This document shows positions 43,642 to 55,615 of a stretch of 64,000 nucleotides of DNA, piece after piece. The stretch comes from the human T2T-CHM13v2.0 reference genome, Homo sapiens, in the NCBI RefSeq assembly GCF_009914755.1, contig NC_060939.1. One strand, 5' to 3'. The position numbers were made by a program, and so were the translations under genes. The notes below the pieces were generated by a model. The model had not been told where the DNA came from. It did no database searches and saw only the letters and a program-made list of their open reading frames with translations. Position 1 is the stretch's first letter; each line of letters starts with the position of its first letter.

Positions 43642-44030
43642 GGTACCTTCTCTAAACCAGTCCTCCTTTGGATTGTGGGTTTCCAGGTGCCAAGGGTAGC
43701 TGAAGAAATTCTATTTCCAGATGCCACCCTTTCTTCTCCTGTTAACTCCAACACCTTGTTCCTTGCCCCCTTCTCCTTTCGTACCCACCTCCTGAGTACA
43801 CACTCGAAATCACAGGTCTGACCCCTATGGGCCTCATGAACTTGAACAAGTTCCTTCCCATCTCTGAGCCACTCTGAAAAATGGGGATTATAACATCTGC
43901 TGTGCAATGTTGTGACGATTAAATCTGACAGTGCACGTGCGGTATCTAACACAGCCCACAGCCTCAGATGCCCAGGAACTCAGGAAGGTCATCGAAGTGA
44001 ATGAAGCTGACCAGGTACATGAGAAAATCA

Positions 44031-44836
<806 letters not shown>

Positions 44837-45212
44837 CTGCCAGCGTGCAACCTCTCACCTAGATAATGGTATATAATATAAATACGTTTCCCTTCCCCCC
44901 TTTTTTCTCTTCCTCCTCTTTCTCCTTTCCCTCCCATTTTCCACATCCTTTTCACCTAACCAGCCCCCACCCTACATTTCTATACTAAGTCCAAGTGATA
45001 GAAGGGATTAGGGTGGGTTGAAGCAGTGATTAAGCCCAAGGGGATGTAATCTAGATGCCTAATGGCGCCCCAGGGCCTGGATCATTGCCTGGCACATAGT
45101 GGATCCTGTCAAAAACCTTGATGAATGAAGAAGCCAGAAACTGGGGGAGTCAGTTCTGTTTCTTGTGCACACCCTGGGCTTACCCAAAGAACTGTCTGAT
45201 TTTTCTCAACAG

Positions 45213-45388
45213 CCCTGAGAAGTCGTTCTGGACGCTCCATCATCAATGGGAACTGGGCAATTGATCGACCAGGAAAATACGAGGGCGGAGGGACCATGTT
45301 CACCTACAAGCGTCCAAATGAGATTTCGAGCACTGCCGGAGAGTCCTTTTTGGCGGAAGGTCCCACCAACGAGATCTTGGATGTCTAC
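45213..45388 (+). CDS. THSD4: THSD4 internal coding exon (ADAMTS spacer domain), 176 nt, phase 1 to 0
   Basis: Acceptor ttttctcaacag|CC, donor TAC|gtgagt. Translates (A)LRSRSGRSIINGNWAIDRPGKYEGGGTMFTYKRPNEISSTAGESFLAEGPTNEILDVY, a typical ADAMTS spacer motif (INGNW..GT.F.Y.R..GPT). Not present in the + strand ORF track. Confidence 0.96.
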
Positions 45389-45488
45389 GTGAGTTTGGAT
45401 GTTTCTGGACTGTTCTTTGGATTTTGAATCTTGTCACTTCTAAGGAACATACTCTGAACAAATAAGCAACAAATCATTGCCCATACTC

Positions 45489-45494
45489 AATAAA
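45489..45494 (+). terminator. Candidate intronic polyadenylation signal AATAAA
   Basis: About 100 nt past the exon donor and about 60 nt past an in-frame TGA (45425-45427); U/GU-rich sequence downstream (~45530-45561). Confidence 0.55.
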
Positions 45495-47784
45495 AACCCT
45501 TTGAGCAGAGCCTGTTGGAGGCACTCCTTGAATGCTTGGCGTTCATCTTTGCCTTTACTTCTGAATGGGCCCAGCTCACAGCAACCTCCAACTCCACCAG
45601 ATGCTTATTACCTTCGGAGTTTATTGACCCAGTAAAACCAATTTTACTTGTTGAACCAAATCAGAGGCAAAACATGCCCTTTATTTCATGAGCATTGGAT
45701 CTCCTCCAGGCACTTTCCTTATACTGCTAATTTGGCATGTTTTCTTTTTATGGCAAAAGAAAGCAAGAGCCTAAAGGAAGGCAGGACCGCTCCCAGCTCC
45801 CAGCCCTGTTCAGACTCTGAGAGCAAATGAAGAAAGGAGAGCTCCAGAGCCCTCCAGATGAAACAATAAAGCTGAGAGTCACAGTAGAGAGATTTACTAG
45901 AAGCTCCCTGCTTCATAGAAGACAAAACCTTAATTTCTTTTACGTGAAACTAAGATATTAAATTGCTCAAGAGTTTTAAATGGTCCTTACGTTCAAAGGA
46001 AACCACTAGAATTCAATCTTCTTAAAAGACCAGGAAATAAAGGGTGATAAGACATAAAAGCTTGAAATAACATTTTGATAAAAAGATTGAGATCACCCAT
46101 GAATATACACATTATTTCTGTCCCCAAAGCTGAGCTGATTAACATATTTGCTGTGTCAGAGTTTTAGAAATATTATTAATTGCATTGTCATTACTTCTCC
46201 ACCTACACACAGTTCTATGTCCTTTCCTCTTGGGCCTAGTAGACTCGAAATTACAAAGGAAGCCTTGTTGTAGTTTATTTTGGATTTTTTTTTTAGACTG
46301 TCCAGTTGGTTGGTTGAATCTGAATATATTTTAAATGGCATCAGAGGTAAAAACTCAGGTTGTTAAAGGCCTACTGTGGGTGGTCTAGGAATGGAAGCCA
46401 ACAGCAATTTCATAAACGGGACAAGGTTTTGCACTGGCAGAATGCTCAGGCAGAAGAGGCACCAGAGAGGGAGGGAGGATTTCCAGCCACAGACCGAGAG
46501 GAAGATTGTGTGAAAAGGGAGTGAGGGGATGAGGGATACACAGCAGGAACCTGAGGTCACACAACCGTGTCCCTTGGGGATTCAGTGCCCACCACGTTTC
46601 TGCAACGCCGATGGTTTGATATTGGTTCCTGGGTAGGAGAATCCCAGGGGTTCTCAGGTCTGCCTTCCTTTGGGTAATTTATAAAATGAAGACCCATTTC
46701 ATCAGTAGGGAGTGGCAAGAGATCATGGCATAAACAGGAAGAATAGACACAGGACCCACCATGCAGGAGTGACTCAGAGATGCTTCTAGCTGGAAAGGAC
46801 CTTTGAAAGTGACATGATTCTAACCTCTTCCTTCCCCAAGGAAGAAATCAAAAACTGCAGGGTGAAGGGGCTTGCTCTAGGTTACACAGCTGGTCAATAG
46901 GAGAGCTGCTTTATAAAGCAGCAGAGACAGAAACATCAAACCCGACCGTGTCTCCTTGCACGGCTCATATTTACACTGTGGATTCTCATTCTGCTGCTGG
47001 GTTTAGCCCACCACCCTGCTCCCCATCAGGAAATCCATGGGCAGCAAAGACTGTGTGCTCTAAATCCAATAGGGAGGGACGTATTCTGTTGGGCCATGCT
47101 CATTTAATATGTTTTCAGCCCAGACAATGTTCAGCTGCTGACTTCCACAGTCCTACGTAGATTCCTGCTTGCCATCCTATTTTTGTCATCATTCCTAAGA
47201 GAATATGACCCAGCAAGAGTTGGGTCGCTTCTACTTGTTTTCCTGGCCCCATGTCTTTGTGTTTCTGGGGCTTTCCCTGAATAAGAGGGAGGGACCTGGG
47301 GGCCAGCCTCACCAGCCAGGTCAAGAACTTTGAGGGAACCTAAAGCATCCCGGGGTGGCTCTGTCCAGGAGGTCTGCTGCTTGTTCGCATGACTTTGTCA
47401 CGCCACCTAGTGTTAAAACAGTTCTCCTGCAGTGTACACGTATTTATCTGTGTTGGATGTTTCAAGAGCACTGAGCAAAATCTAAGGACAGAAAGGTTCT
47501 GCTACCGTTGCTCCATCTTCTCCTTTGGAGTTTAGAAAATCTTGACTCTTAGCTTAGTCTTCTTCTGATTTGCTCGGCCTAAGTTCTTCATTCTTCAAAA
47601 GTAAATGACAAAAAGCCATCCAGGAATAACTTTGTTTAATCTGCCACAGGTTCACTGATATTACTGGATGCGTACTAGAGTGAACCAACCCAGTCATTTC
47701 TCAGTAGTTCTGCAAATGCCATTGAAACCCAGAAGGGGTGTGCATATGTGCCAAGTGCGGTAACACTGATTTTTGTGTCAGCAG

Positions 47785-47881
47785 ATGATACACCAGCAGC
47801 CAAACCCAGGCGTGCACTACGAGTACGTGATCATGGGGACCAACGCCATCAGCCCCCAGGTGCCACCCCACAGGAGACCAG
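47785..47881 (+). CDS. THSD4: THSD4 internal coding exon (end of spacer), 97 nt, phase 0 to 1
   Basis: Acceptor ttttgtgtcagcag|ATG, donor CCAG|gtagaa. Translates MIHQQPNPGVHYEYVIMGTNAISPQVPPHRRP(G), in frame with the previous exon (NPGVHYEY spacer terminus). Alternative start at 47782 via NAGNAG. Confidence 0.95.
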
Positions 47882-48160
47882 GTAGAATCCCTTGTCTTGT
47901 GGCCGGGGACTCTGGTCATTTCCTTGTAAAGCCTTCTCTCTCTCAATTCTTGTGCATCCACCCTCTGTCTCTCGGTCAACACAGAGAAAATTGAGGGACG
48001 CATATTTCAAAGCCAAGGGGCCTTGACATTGGAGCAGGCTTCACCATTTGTCTGAGCCTTCACTGATGAGACTGTTTCATTCACTCGATTCCAAAATGGC
48101 ATGAGCATCCTGGGTCTGCCCTGCCAGTTCAACATTTGAAATGCTTTATACTAGTTTCCA

Positions 48161-48462
48161 GGCCAGACAAGGGGGCTCATGCCTGTAATCCTAGCACTCT
48201 GGGAGGCCGACGCAGGTGGATCGCTTGGGCCCAGAGGTTCAAGACCAGCCTGTGCAACATAATGAAACCCCTGTCTCTACAAAAAAAATTACAGAAATTA
48301 GCCAGGCATGGTGGTGTGTGCCTGCAATCCCAGCTACTCAGGAGGCTGAGGTGGGAGAATCATCTGAGCCCAAGGAGGTTGGGGCTGCAGTGAGCCGTGA
48401 TCAGACCACTGAACTCCAGCCTGGACAACAGAGTGAGACCCTATCTCAAAATTAAGAAAAAA
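48161..48462 (+). mobile_element. Alu (J-like)
   Basis: Full dimer. Confidence 0.9.
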
Positions 48463-48920
48463 CAACACAAATTTACTTTCTTAGAGCTCTGGAGGTTAGA
48501 AGTCTGAAGTGGGTTTCATTGGGACAAAATGAAGGTGTCATCAGGGCCCCTCTCTCTCCAGAGGCTCTAGGAGAGAACCCACTTCCTCGCCTTTTCCAAC
48601 TTCTAGGAGCCACCTGCCTTCCTTGGTTCCTGGCCCCTTCCTCCACCTTCAAAGCCAGCAGGGTGGCACTTTCAAATCTCTCTCTGACCCTGGCCTCATC
48701 ACATCTCCTCTCTGACTCTCATCTTCCTCTCTCTTTCCTTTATAAGGACCCTTCAGATTACACTGGGCCCACCCAAGTAATCCAGGATAATCTCTCCTTC
48801 TCAAAATCTGTAATTTAGTCTCACCTGCAAAGTCCATTTTTGCTATGTAAGGTAGCATGTTCACAGATTCCAGGGATTAGGATGTGGACATCTTTAGGGG
48901 GCCATTATCTGTCTACTATA
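48463..48920 (-). mobile_element. MLT1C-like MaLR LTR
   Basis: ctggaggttagaagtctgaa...ttacactgggcccaccca..taatccaggataatctc...gggattaggatgtggacatcttt. Confidence 0.85.
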
Positions 48921-49194
48921 TGCCTTTTCTCTTGGTTCCCCTTTTGTTTCTGTTAATAATACTTTGACCTATAAGACAAGAATAATGAGTTCACACCTAA
49001 CAATCCATGTTGAGTCTTCCTGGTGGGCTCTGCTTATGGACAGAGCAGGCAGCTTTCTCTCGGCTGGCACTGGGCATGGGACTGCTCTCTGAGTCTGCAG
49101 ACATTTCTCTACCGGAGGATGATGGAGCCCACCACCCAAATGCAGGCAGTCTTTTCCTTCCTTAAAATAGGAAGGTCTGCAGAAGTATTCATGG

Positions 49195-49440
49195 TAATTA
49201 TAGCTCACACACATTGAGTCCTTGCTGTGTGCAAGGGCTTAGAAACTGCTGTGCTGAGCTCTTTGCGTAGATTAGTTCTTTGAATTCTCATGACAGAGGG
49301 AGGTACTTGGAGGGAAGTACTATTATTAGCCTTATTTTAAGAGTAAGGAAATGGAAGCTTAGGAAGAGTAAGTTAATAATTGTCCTGATCTCACACCTGG
49401 GCAGTGACCTGAGGAGGGCCTGTGTGACCATACTTTGTGC
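49195..49440 (-). mobile_element. MIR
   Basis: tattattagccttattttaagagtaaggaaatggaagcttagga. Confidence 0.65.
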
Positions 49441-50301
49441 TTGTTATATCACTGAGAGGTTACTTGGTCCAATCCCTACCCTAGGAGGAAATAAAGGCAT
49501 AAGTGCCAAACCCGCCCCATCCATTCTTCTCTGAACTTTGGACGGGATAACCAGGTTATCTGATTGCTACAGACTGGGGAGGACAACAGCTGGGTGCATC
49601 CCCAGAACATGGGGTGGGTGTGTTGTCCAAACTCCAAGTCAGCAAACTCAGCACAACAGAGAATTTTTATGTCATGTCCAGAAGCAATCCACAGTTTGAG
49701 AAACCAAGTTTGGGTAAGATTTCTGGGGTCCATTGCTGGTTTACAGGGATAATCAGACAGACTATTTGAAATCTATCAGGATGATGATGATTTCTGTCAG
49801 GCCTGATGGGGCTCAGCTCATGAATAGCATGGGGGTTCTGGGATCAGCTCCCTGGGACAGGGCAGGCCTGGAGGGGTCACCTGTAAAAAGTTGGTAAGCA
49901 GGGGCATTGTCACCAGGCTTCCTCTTCCATGTCAATGGAGTCTGGAGGCAGAGTTGGAATCCAGCTCTGCACCTTTTTGCTGTGCACCCTCAGGCGGGTC
50001 AGCAACCTCTCTGAACACACACCCAGTCTACAAAATAGAAGAAAAACCCTATAAGGTGGTTTTTGGCAGGGGAGAGGACATGGGAAGAGATTGAATAAAT
50101 TAGTTGTCCATCCTAGCATAGAGCCCAGAACAAGGCACTGAAAAGACTTCTTAAATTTTTTTGTCCAACAACATCTTGGACAGTTCTCATTTATGTCAAC
50201 ATGCCTGGTCCTGATTTTGTTGGTCATATTTGCATGTCATATTTTAAACCATGAAGCATAATAACCAACTAAGTAAGAAAGCCCTGGCAAAAAAGCTGAG
50301 A

Positions 50302-50597
50302 GGCCTGGTGCAGTGGATCACGCCTGTGATCCCAGCACGTTTGGAAGCCGAGGTGGGCAGATTGCTTGAGCCCAGGAGTTCGAGACCAGCCTGGACAAAA
50401 TGGCAAAACCCCATCTCTGCTAAAAGTACAAAAAGCAGCTGGATGTGGTGGCACTCACCTGTAATCCCAGGTACTCAAGAGACTAAGACACGAGAATCAC
50501 TTGAACCCAGGAGACACAGGGTGCAGTGAGCCTCCTGCACTCCAGCCTGGGTGACAGAGTGAGACTCTGTCTCCAAAAAAAAAAAAAAAAAAAAAAA
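50302..50597 (+). mobile_element. Alu (J/S-like)
   Basis: Dimer with A tail; flanks share gctgaga. Confidence 0.9.
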
Positions 50598-50614
50598 TTG
50601 CTGAGAAAGCCCTA

Positions 50615-50615
<1 letters not shown>

Positions 50616-50653
<38 letters not shown>

Positions 50654-50775
50654 ATTGCTGAAATGGGGTCTCGCTATGTTGCCCAGGCTGGTCTTGAACT
50701 CCTGGGCTCAAGCAATCCTCCTGCCTCAGCCTCCCAAAACGTTGGGATTACAGGCATGAGCCACCTCACCCAGCC
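50616..50775 (-). mobile_element. FLAM-type Alu monomer with (GTT)n tail
   Basis: (GTT)~13 followed by gggtctcgctatgttgcccaggctgg. Confidence 0.85.
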
Positions 50776-50894
50776 CCCTTGTAGTTTTAACTGTGTTCTA
50801 CAGTAACCCTAGAATTTGCCTCCTTATTTTCTATTAAAATGAGACATACTTGAACAATATTCAGTCAAAATAGAAATATATACAGTCAAAAGCA

Positions 50895-51508
50895 ACTGCC
50901 ACATAATTGCCAAAACTTGGAAGCAACCAAGAAGTCCTTCAATAGGTGGATAGACAAAAACTAATGGAATATTATTTAGGGCTAGAAATAAATGAGCCAT
51001 CACGTCACAAAGAGACATGGAGAAACCTTCCATGCATATTACTAAGTGAAAGAGGCCACTCTGAAAAGACTACCTATTGTTTGATTCCAACTATATGACA
51101 TTCTAGAAAAGTTAAAACTATGGAGACAGTAAAAAGGTCAGTGGTTGCCAGGGGCTGGGAGGACAGAGGGATGAAAAGGTGGAACAGGGAGGATTTCAGG
51201 GCGGTGAAACTACTCTGTGTGATATTACACTGGCGGATGCATGTCACTGTGCACTTGTCCAGACCCACAGAATGTGCACCCCCAAGTGTGAACCCTCGTA
51301 TGGACTATGAACTCTAAGCAATAATGACATGTCCGTGTAGGGTCATCAGTTACACATGTACCAGTCTGATGTGGGATGATGGTAGTAAGGGACCCTGTGC
51401 CTGTGTGGTGGGAGGAGGTGTGTGGGAACTCTGTACTTCTACTCACTTTTGCTGTGAACCTAAAACTGCTCTAAAAAAAAAAAAAAGCCTATTAAAAAAA
51501 AAAAAAGT
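50895..51508 (+). mobile_element. L1MB/MC 3' end
   Basis: ataattgccaaaacttggaagcaacc...gctgtgaacctaaaactgctctaaaa. Confidence 0.85.
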
Positions 51509-52099
51509 CCACAGCTCCCAACCCCATGCCCTTCCCAGAGGGAGTCTAACCCTTTGGTGGGATTTTGCCTAGCCCTTTTCTATGCATACACAAACATGTT
51601 TCCAGCCATTTGAATCATCATCTACAATCTCAGATGTGCAAGGAATATTGCATATTATTATTTTCCATTAGTCAATTTAAATCTGACCTCAACTTCACCC
51701 TTCTTTGAAACCAGTAGATAATTCAATCGCAGTCTGCTTGGGGGTTACACACACACACACACAGACACACACACACACATATTCTCACTCCAGATATAAG
51801 GAAAGATCTAGAGTCTTAGACAAGCCAAAACATTGGCTAGACCCCCCTGGTGGTCTGTCCACACTAATTCCGCTGAGGTGCCACCGGGAGCAGCCTCATG
51901 GGGCCTTCAGGTTAGGGCTCTGCTCCTTCCAGTCTGCATGGGGGGCACAGGAAGCTGGTGAGGCTGGCAGCCAGGCCCCCTCTCCCGCTGCAGGGGTGGC
52001 TTCCTCCTGGGACACTGGACATTGTCTGGTACACCTAAGGATCCATGGCACTCAGGAAACCCAAGACTCCAGACTCCTACCTCTCCTCCATCTTGAAAA

Positions 52100-53341
52100 C
52101 CTCTCTCTCTCTTTCTCACTCTCTCTCTCTCTCTCTCTCTCTCACTAGCTCTCTGTCTTGCTCTCTGTCTGTCCCTCTCTGTCTCTCTTACCATCTCCCT
52201 CTCTTTTGCTCTCTCTTTATTGCTCTCTGTCTCTCTCGCACTCTCTGTTTCTCTCTCTCTCTCTTGCTCTCTGTCTCTCTTGCTCTCTGATTCTCTCTCT
52301 TGCTGTCTCTCTTGCTCTCTGTCTCTCTCTCGTTCTCTGTCTCTCTCACTTTCTGTCTCTGTCTCTGTCTCTCTTGCTCTCTGTCTCTCTTGCTTTCTGT
52401 CACTGTCCCTGTCTCTCTTGCTCTCTGTCTGTCTTCTTCTCTGTCTCTGTCTCTCCTGCTCTCTTGCTTTCTGTCTCTATCTCTCTGTCTCTCTTGCTCT
52501 CTGTCTCTTTCGCTCTCTGTCTCTCCTGCTCTGTTGCTTTCTGTCTCTGTCTCTCTGTCTCTCTCTGTCTCTCTTGCTCTCTGTCTCTCTCACTTTCTGT
52601 CTCTATCTCTCTGTCTCTCTTGCTGTCTGTCTCTCTCTCTTGCTCTCTGTCTCTGTCCCTCTCTGTCTCTCTTGCTCTCTGTCTGTCTCTCTTCTCTGTC
52701 TCTCCTGCTCTCTTGCTTTCTGTCTCTATCTCTCTGTCTCTCTCTTGCTCTCTGTCTCTCTGTTGCTGTCTCTGTCTCTCTCTTGCTCTCTCTCCGTCTC
52801 TCTTGCTCTCTGTCTCTCTCACACTCTGTCTCTCTCTTGCTCTCTGTCTCTCTGTTGCTGTCTCTGTCTCTCTCTTGCTCTCTCTCCATCTCTCTTGCTC
52901 TCTGTCTCTGTCTCACACTCTGTCTCTCTCGCTCTCTGTCTCTCCTGCTCTCTGTCTGTGTCTCTCTCTTGCTCTCTATCTCTGACTCTCTGTCTTGCTC
53001 TCTTGCTCTCTGTTTCTGTCTCTCTCGCACTCTGTCTCTCTCGCTCTCTGACTGTCTCGCTCTCTTGCTGTCTTTGTCTCTCTCTTGCTCTCTGTCTCTC
53101 TTGCCCTCTCTGTCTCTCTCACTCTCTGTCTCTGTGTCTCTGTCTTGCTCTCTCTATCTGTGTCTCTGTCTCTCTTGCTCTCTGTCTCTCTCTCTCGCTG
53201 TCTCTCTTTCTTACTCTGTTTCTCTGTCTCTCTTGCTCTCTTGGTCTCTGTCTCTGTCTCTCTGTCTCTCTCTCACTTGCTCTCTCTCTCCCTTGCTCTC
53301 TGCCACTGTCTCTCTCTCCTCTCTCTCTTTCTCTCTCTCTC
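52100..53341 (+). repeat. 1.24-kb degenerate (CT)n / CTCTGT / CTCTTG low-complexity array
   Basis: Almost no A on the + strand; source of spurious Ser/Leu/Cys ORFs up to 393 aa. Confidence 0.95.
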
Positions 53342-53569
53342 AAAATGTGCCCTCCTCCTCTCTCTGGGCTGGCCCCTCAGGGACATCCACTTTACCCTTA
53401 ATGAAAGCCTAGGCTTTGCACTCTTGGAAGGGAAAGCTGTTGACTTCTAGCAGCTTTTGTTTTCTGTCCTGCACAAAAACAAAGCAATAACATCTAAGGA
53501 CTTGGCTACTCTTTCAAACCGGAGGAGGAAGTGGAGGAATAAAGATAGTAAATCACACACAAATTAGTA

Positions 53570-54215
53570 TCTCAAAAAGTGACCTGCCACACCTGTGTGT
53601 ATGTGTGTGTGTTCTGCTTTTTTCTTTCACCAAACAATATTGTCATTTCTTCATGTCGGAACGTTATATTTGCTGCATTCTTTTCAAAACTCACATAGTA
53701 TTCCATTTTGTACTTGTAGCATAACGTAGTTTAACCAGTACCACTGGTGAACATTTGTGTCTGTTTGCTATTTCAAATAATACCTCAGTAACCATACCTG
53801 TATATTCAGATTTATGTAAAAGAAAATATTTGCGGAACAGATGTGATAGAAACTGAATTGCTAGGTCAAAGGGTATGTGCATTTCAAATTTGGATAAATA
53901 ATGCCAGATTTCCCTCCAAAACCATGGATCTATTTGCAGGCTCATCCATAGTGACTGGAAGTGTGTTTTCCTGCACCTTCAAAAGGAGTTTAGGGATTTA
54001 AGGGTTTCCAAACTTTCCAATCTTTGGTGTTAGGTGGTGGTGTTCTTTTCATGTGTATTTATGGAATTATGAGTAAAGTTGAGGATTTTTGTATGGGTTT
54101 TGGCTGTTTGTGTTTCTTTTTATGTGAACTGTCTATGGCTCACAATTCCTGTTCCTACTGCAGTGTTCGTCTTTGTCTTATTGATTTTCAAAAGTGCTTT
54201 GCATGTGAGGGAAAG
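53570..54215 (-). mobile_element. L1ME-type fragment
   Basis: atagtattccatt, gaattgctaggtcaaagggtatgtgcattt antisense L1 motifs. Confidence 0.7.
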
Positions 54216-54374
54216 CACTAGTAGGTGTCTGCTTATTTTAAACAGATGTGCTTATGTGCTGTGACTTAGAAACGATCTCATGCTACACAGTCTCTAATGT
54301 CGAAGCAATTTCCTCTTTACAACTCAGGGTCTAAACTGATCCTGATTCTGTGTGTGCACGCTCACCTCTCCTAG

Positions 54375-54650
54375 GGGAACCCTTCAATGGCCAGATGGTG
54401 ACAGAAGGCAGGAGCCAGGAGGAGGGAGAACAGAAAGGGAGGAACGAGGAGAAGGAAGACTTGCGTGGGGAGGCCCCTGAGATGTTCACCTCAGAATCGG
54501 CACAGACCTTCCCAGTCAGGCATCCAGACAGATTTTCTCCCCATCGACCGGACAACTTGGTGCCACCAGCACCGCAGCCCCCACGGCGCAGCCGGGATCA
54601 CAACTGGAAGCAGCTTGGGACAACAGAATGTTCCACGACCTGTGGGAAAG
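54375..54650 (+). CDS. THSD4: THSD4 internal coding exon (charged/Pro-rich linker plus start of a TSP1 repeat), 276 nt, phase 1 to 1
   Basis: Acceptor cacctctcctag|GG, donor AAAG|gtgagc. Translates (G)EPFNGQMVTEGRSQEE...PRRSRDHNWKQLGTTECSTTCGK(G); lies within ORF 54350..54814. Confidence 0.96.
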
Positions 54651-54719
54651 GTGAGCCTGTGTGGGGGACGGGTGGATCCCTGCAGAACCCTAAGCAAGGA
54701 GTGTGTGGGTGGCCCAAGG

Positions 54720-55020
54720 CAGCGGTCCCCGGCTTTTTTGGCACCAGGGACTGGTTTCGTGGAAGACGATTTCTCCATGGATGGTGGCGGGGTTGGGGGA
54801 TGGTTTCTGGGTGAAACTGCCCTATCGCAGATCATCAGGCATTAGTTAGAGTCTCATAAGGAGCATGCAACCTAGATCCCTTGCCTGCACAGTTCACAAT
54901 AGGGTTCACGCTCCTATGAGAATGTAACGCCACCACTGATCTCGCCCACCCACCAGTCACCTCCTGCTGTGCGACCTGGTTCCTAACAGGCCATGGACTG
55001 GTGTCGATTGGGGGCCCCTG
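54720..55020. mobile_element. MER1B hAT MITE
   Basis: cagcggtcccc...ggggcccctg termini; perfect 8-bp TSD GCCCAAGG (54712-54719, 55021-55028). Confidence 0.88.
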
Positions 55021-55049
55021 GCCCAAGGGAAATGGCAAACCCTCACCTC

Positions 55050-55615
55050 TGTGAGGCTGTCTATGAGATGGCTCATGGGTGTGACAGATTGCATTGGGGC
55101 CCTCAACACCACCCTCAGGTTTAATGATTGGCTCAAAGGGCTTACGAGACCCAGAAGAGCTGTTACAATTCATCACAGTCAAAGGATAGGGATTCGAGTT
55201 AATAAAGGAAAAGGTGTGTTGGCAAAGTCCTGGAGATGCCAGGCACCAGCTTCCAGGTGTTGCCTCCAGCAGAGTCACACAGGGATGCACTTAATTCTCT
55301 CAGAAATGGTGTAATTCAGAGGCTGAGAACACATGCCAAGTACTGCCAACCAGAGATGCTCACCCAAGATTTGGTGTCCAGGGTTTTTACTGGGGTCTCT
55401 CGTCTAGGTATGCAGCTCCCACATGAGTGACACTAGCTACTCTCCCTTTACCATCCCAGAAGCCAAACCAATACTGCGTGGCCCAAGACCTCAGCATAAA
55501 AAAACACTCTTATCAGGTGGCATATTCCAAGGGCTTAGAGGTTCTCTCTCAGGAGCTGGTCAAGGGCCTGTCTTTGGCATGTGCAGGGTTTGAGCAACTC
55601 AGGCCTGCTGTGCAC
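55050..55615 (-). mobile_element. MER21-like LTR
   Basis: caccaccctcaggtttaatgatt...gagtcacacagggatgcacttaattctc. Confidence 0.7.

Noticed and set aside
51838-51856. CTCF-like motif on the minus strand (CCACCAGGGGGGTC)
   Set aside because: Lacks the conserved GGC at the 3' end of the core; weaker than the two reported sites
52158-53450. Longest ORFs in the track (275-393 aa, Ser/Leu/Cys-rich) and antisense Arg/Glu-rich ORFs
   Set aside because: By-product of the A-poor CT array, which cannot form stop codons; no domain content or gene structure
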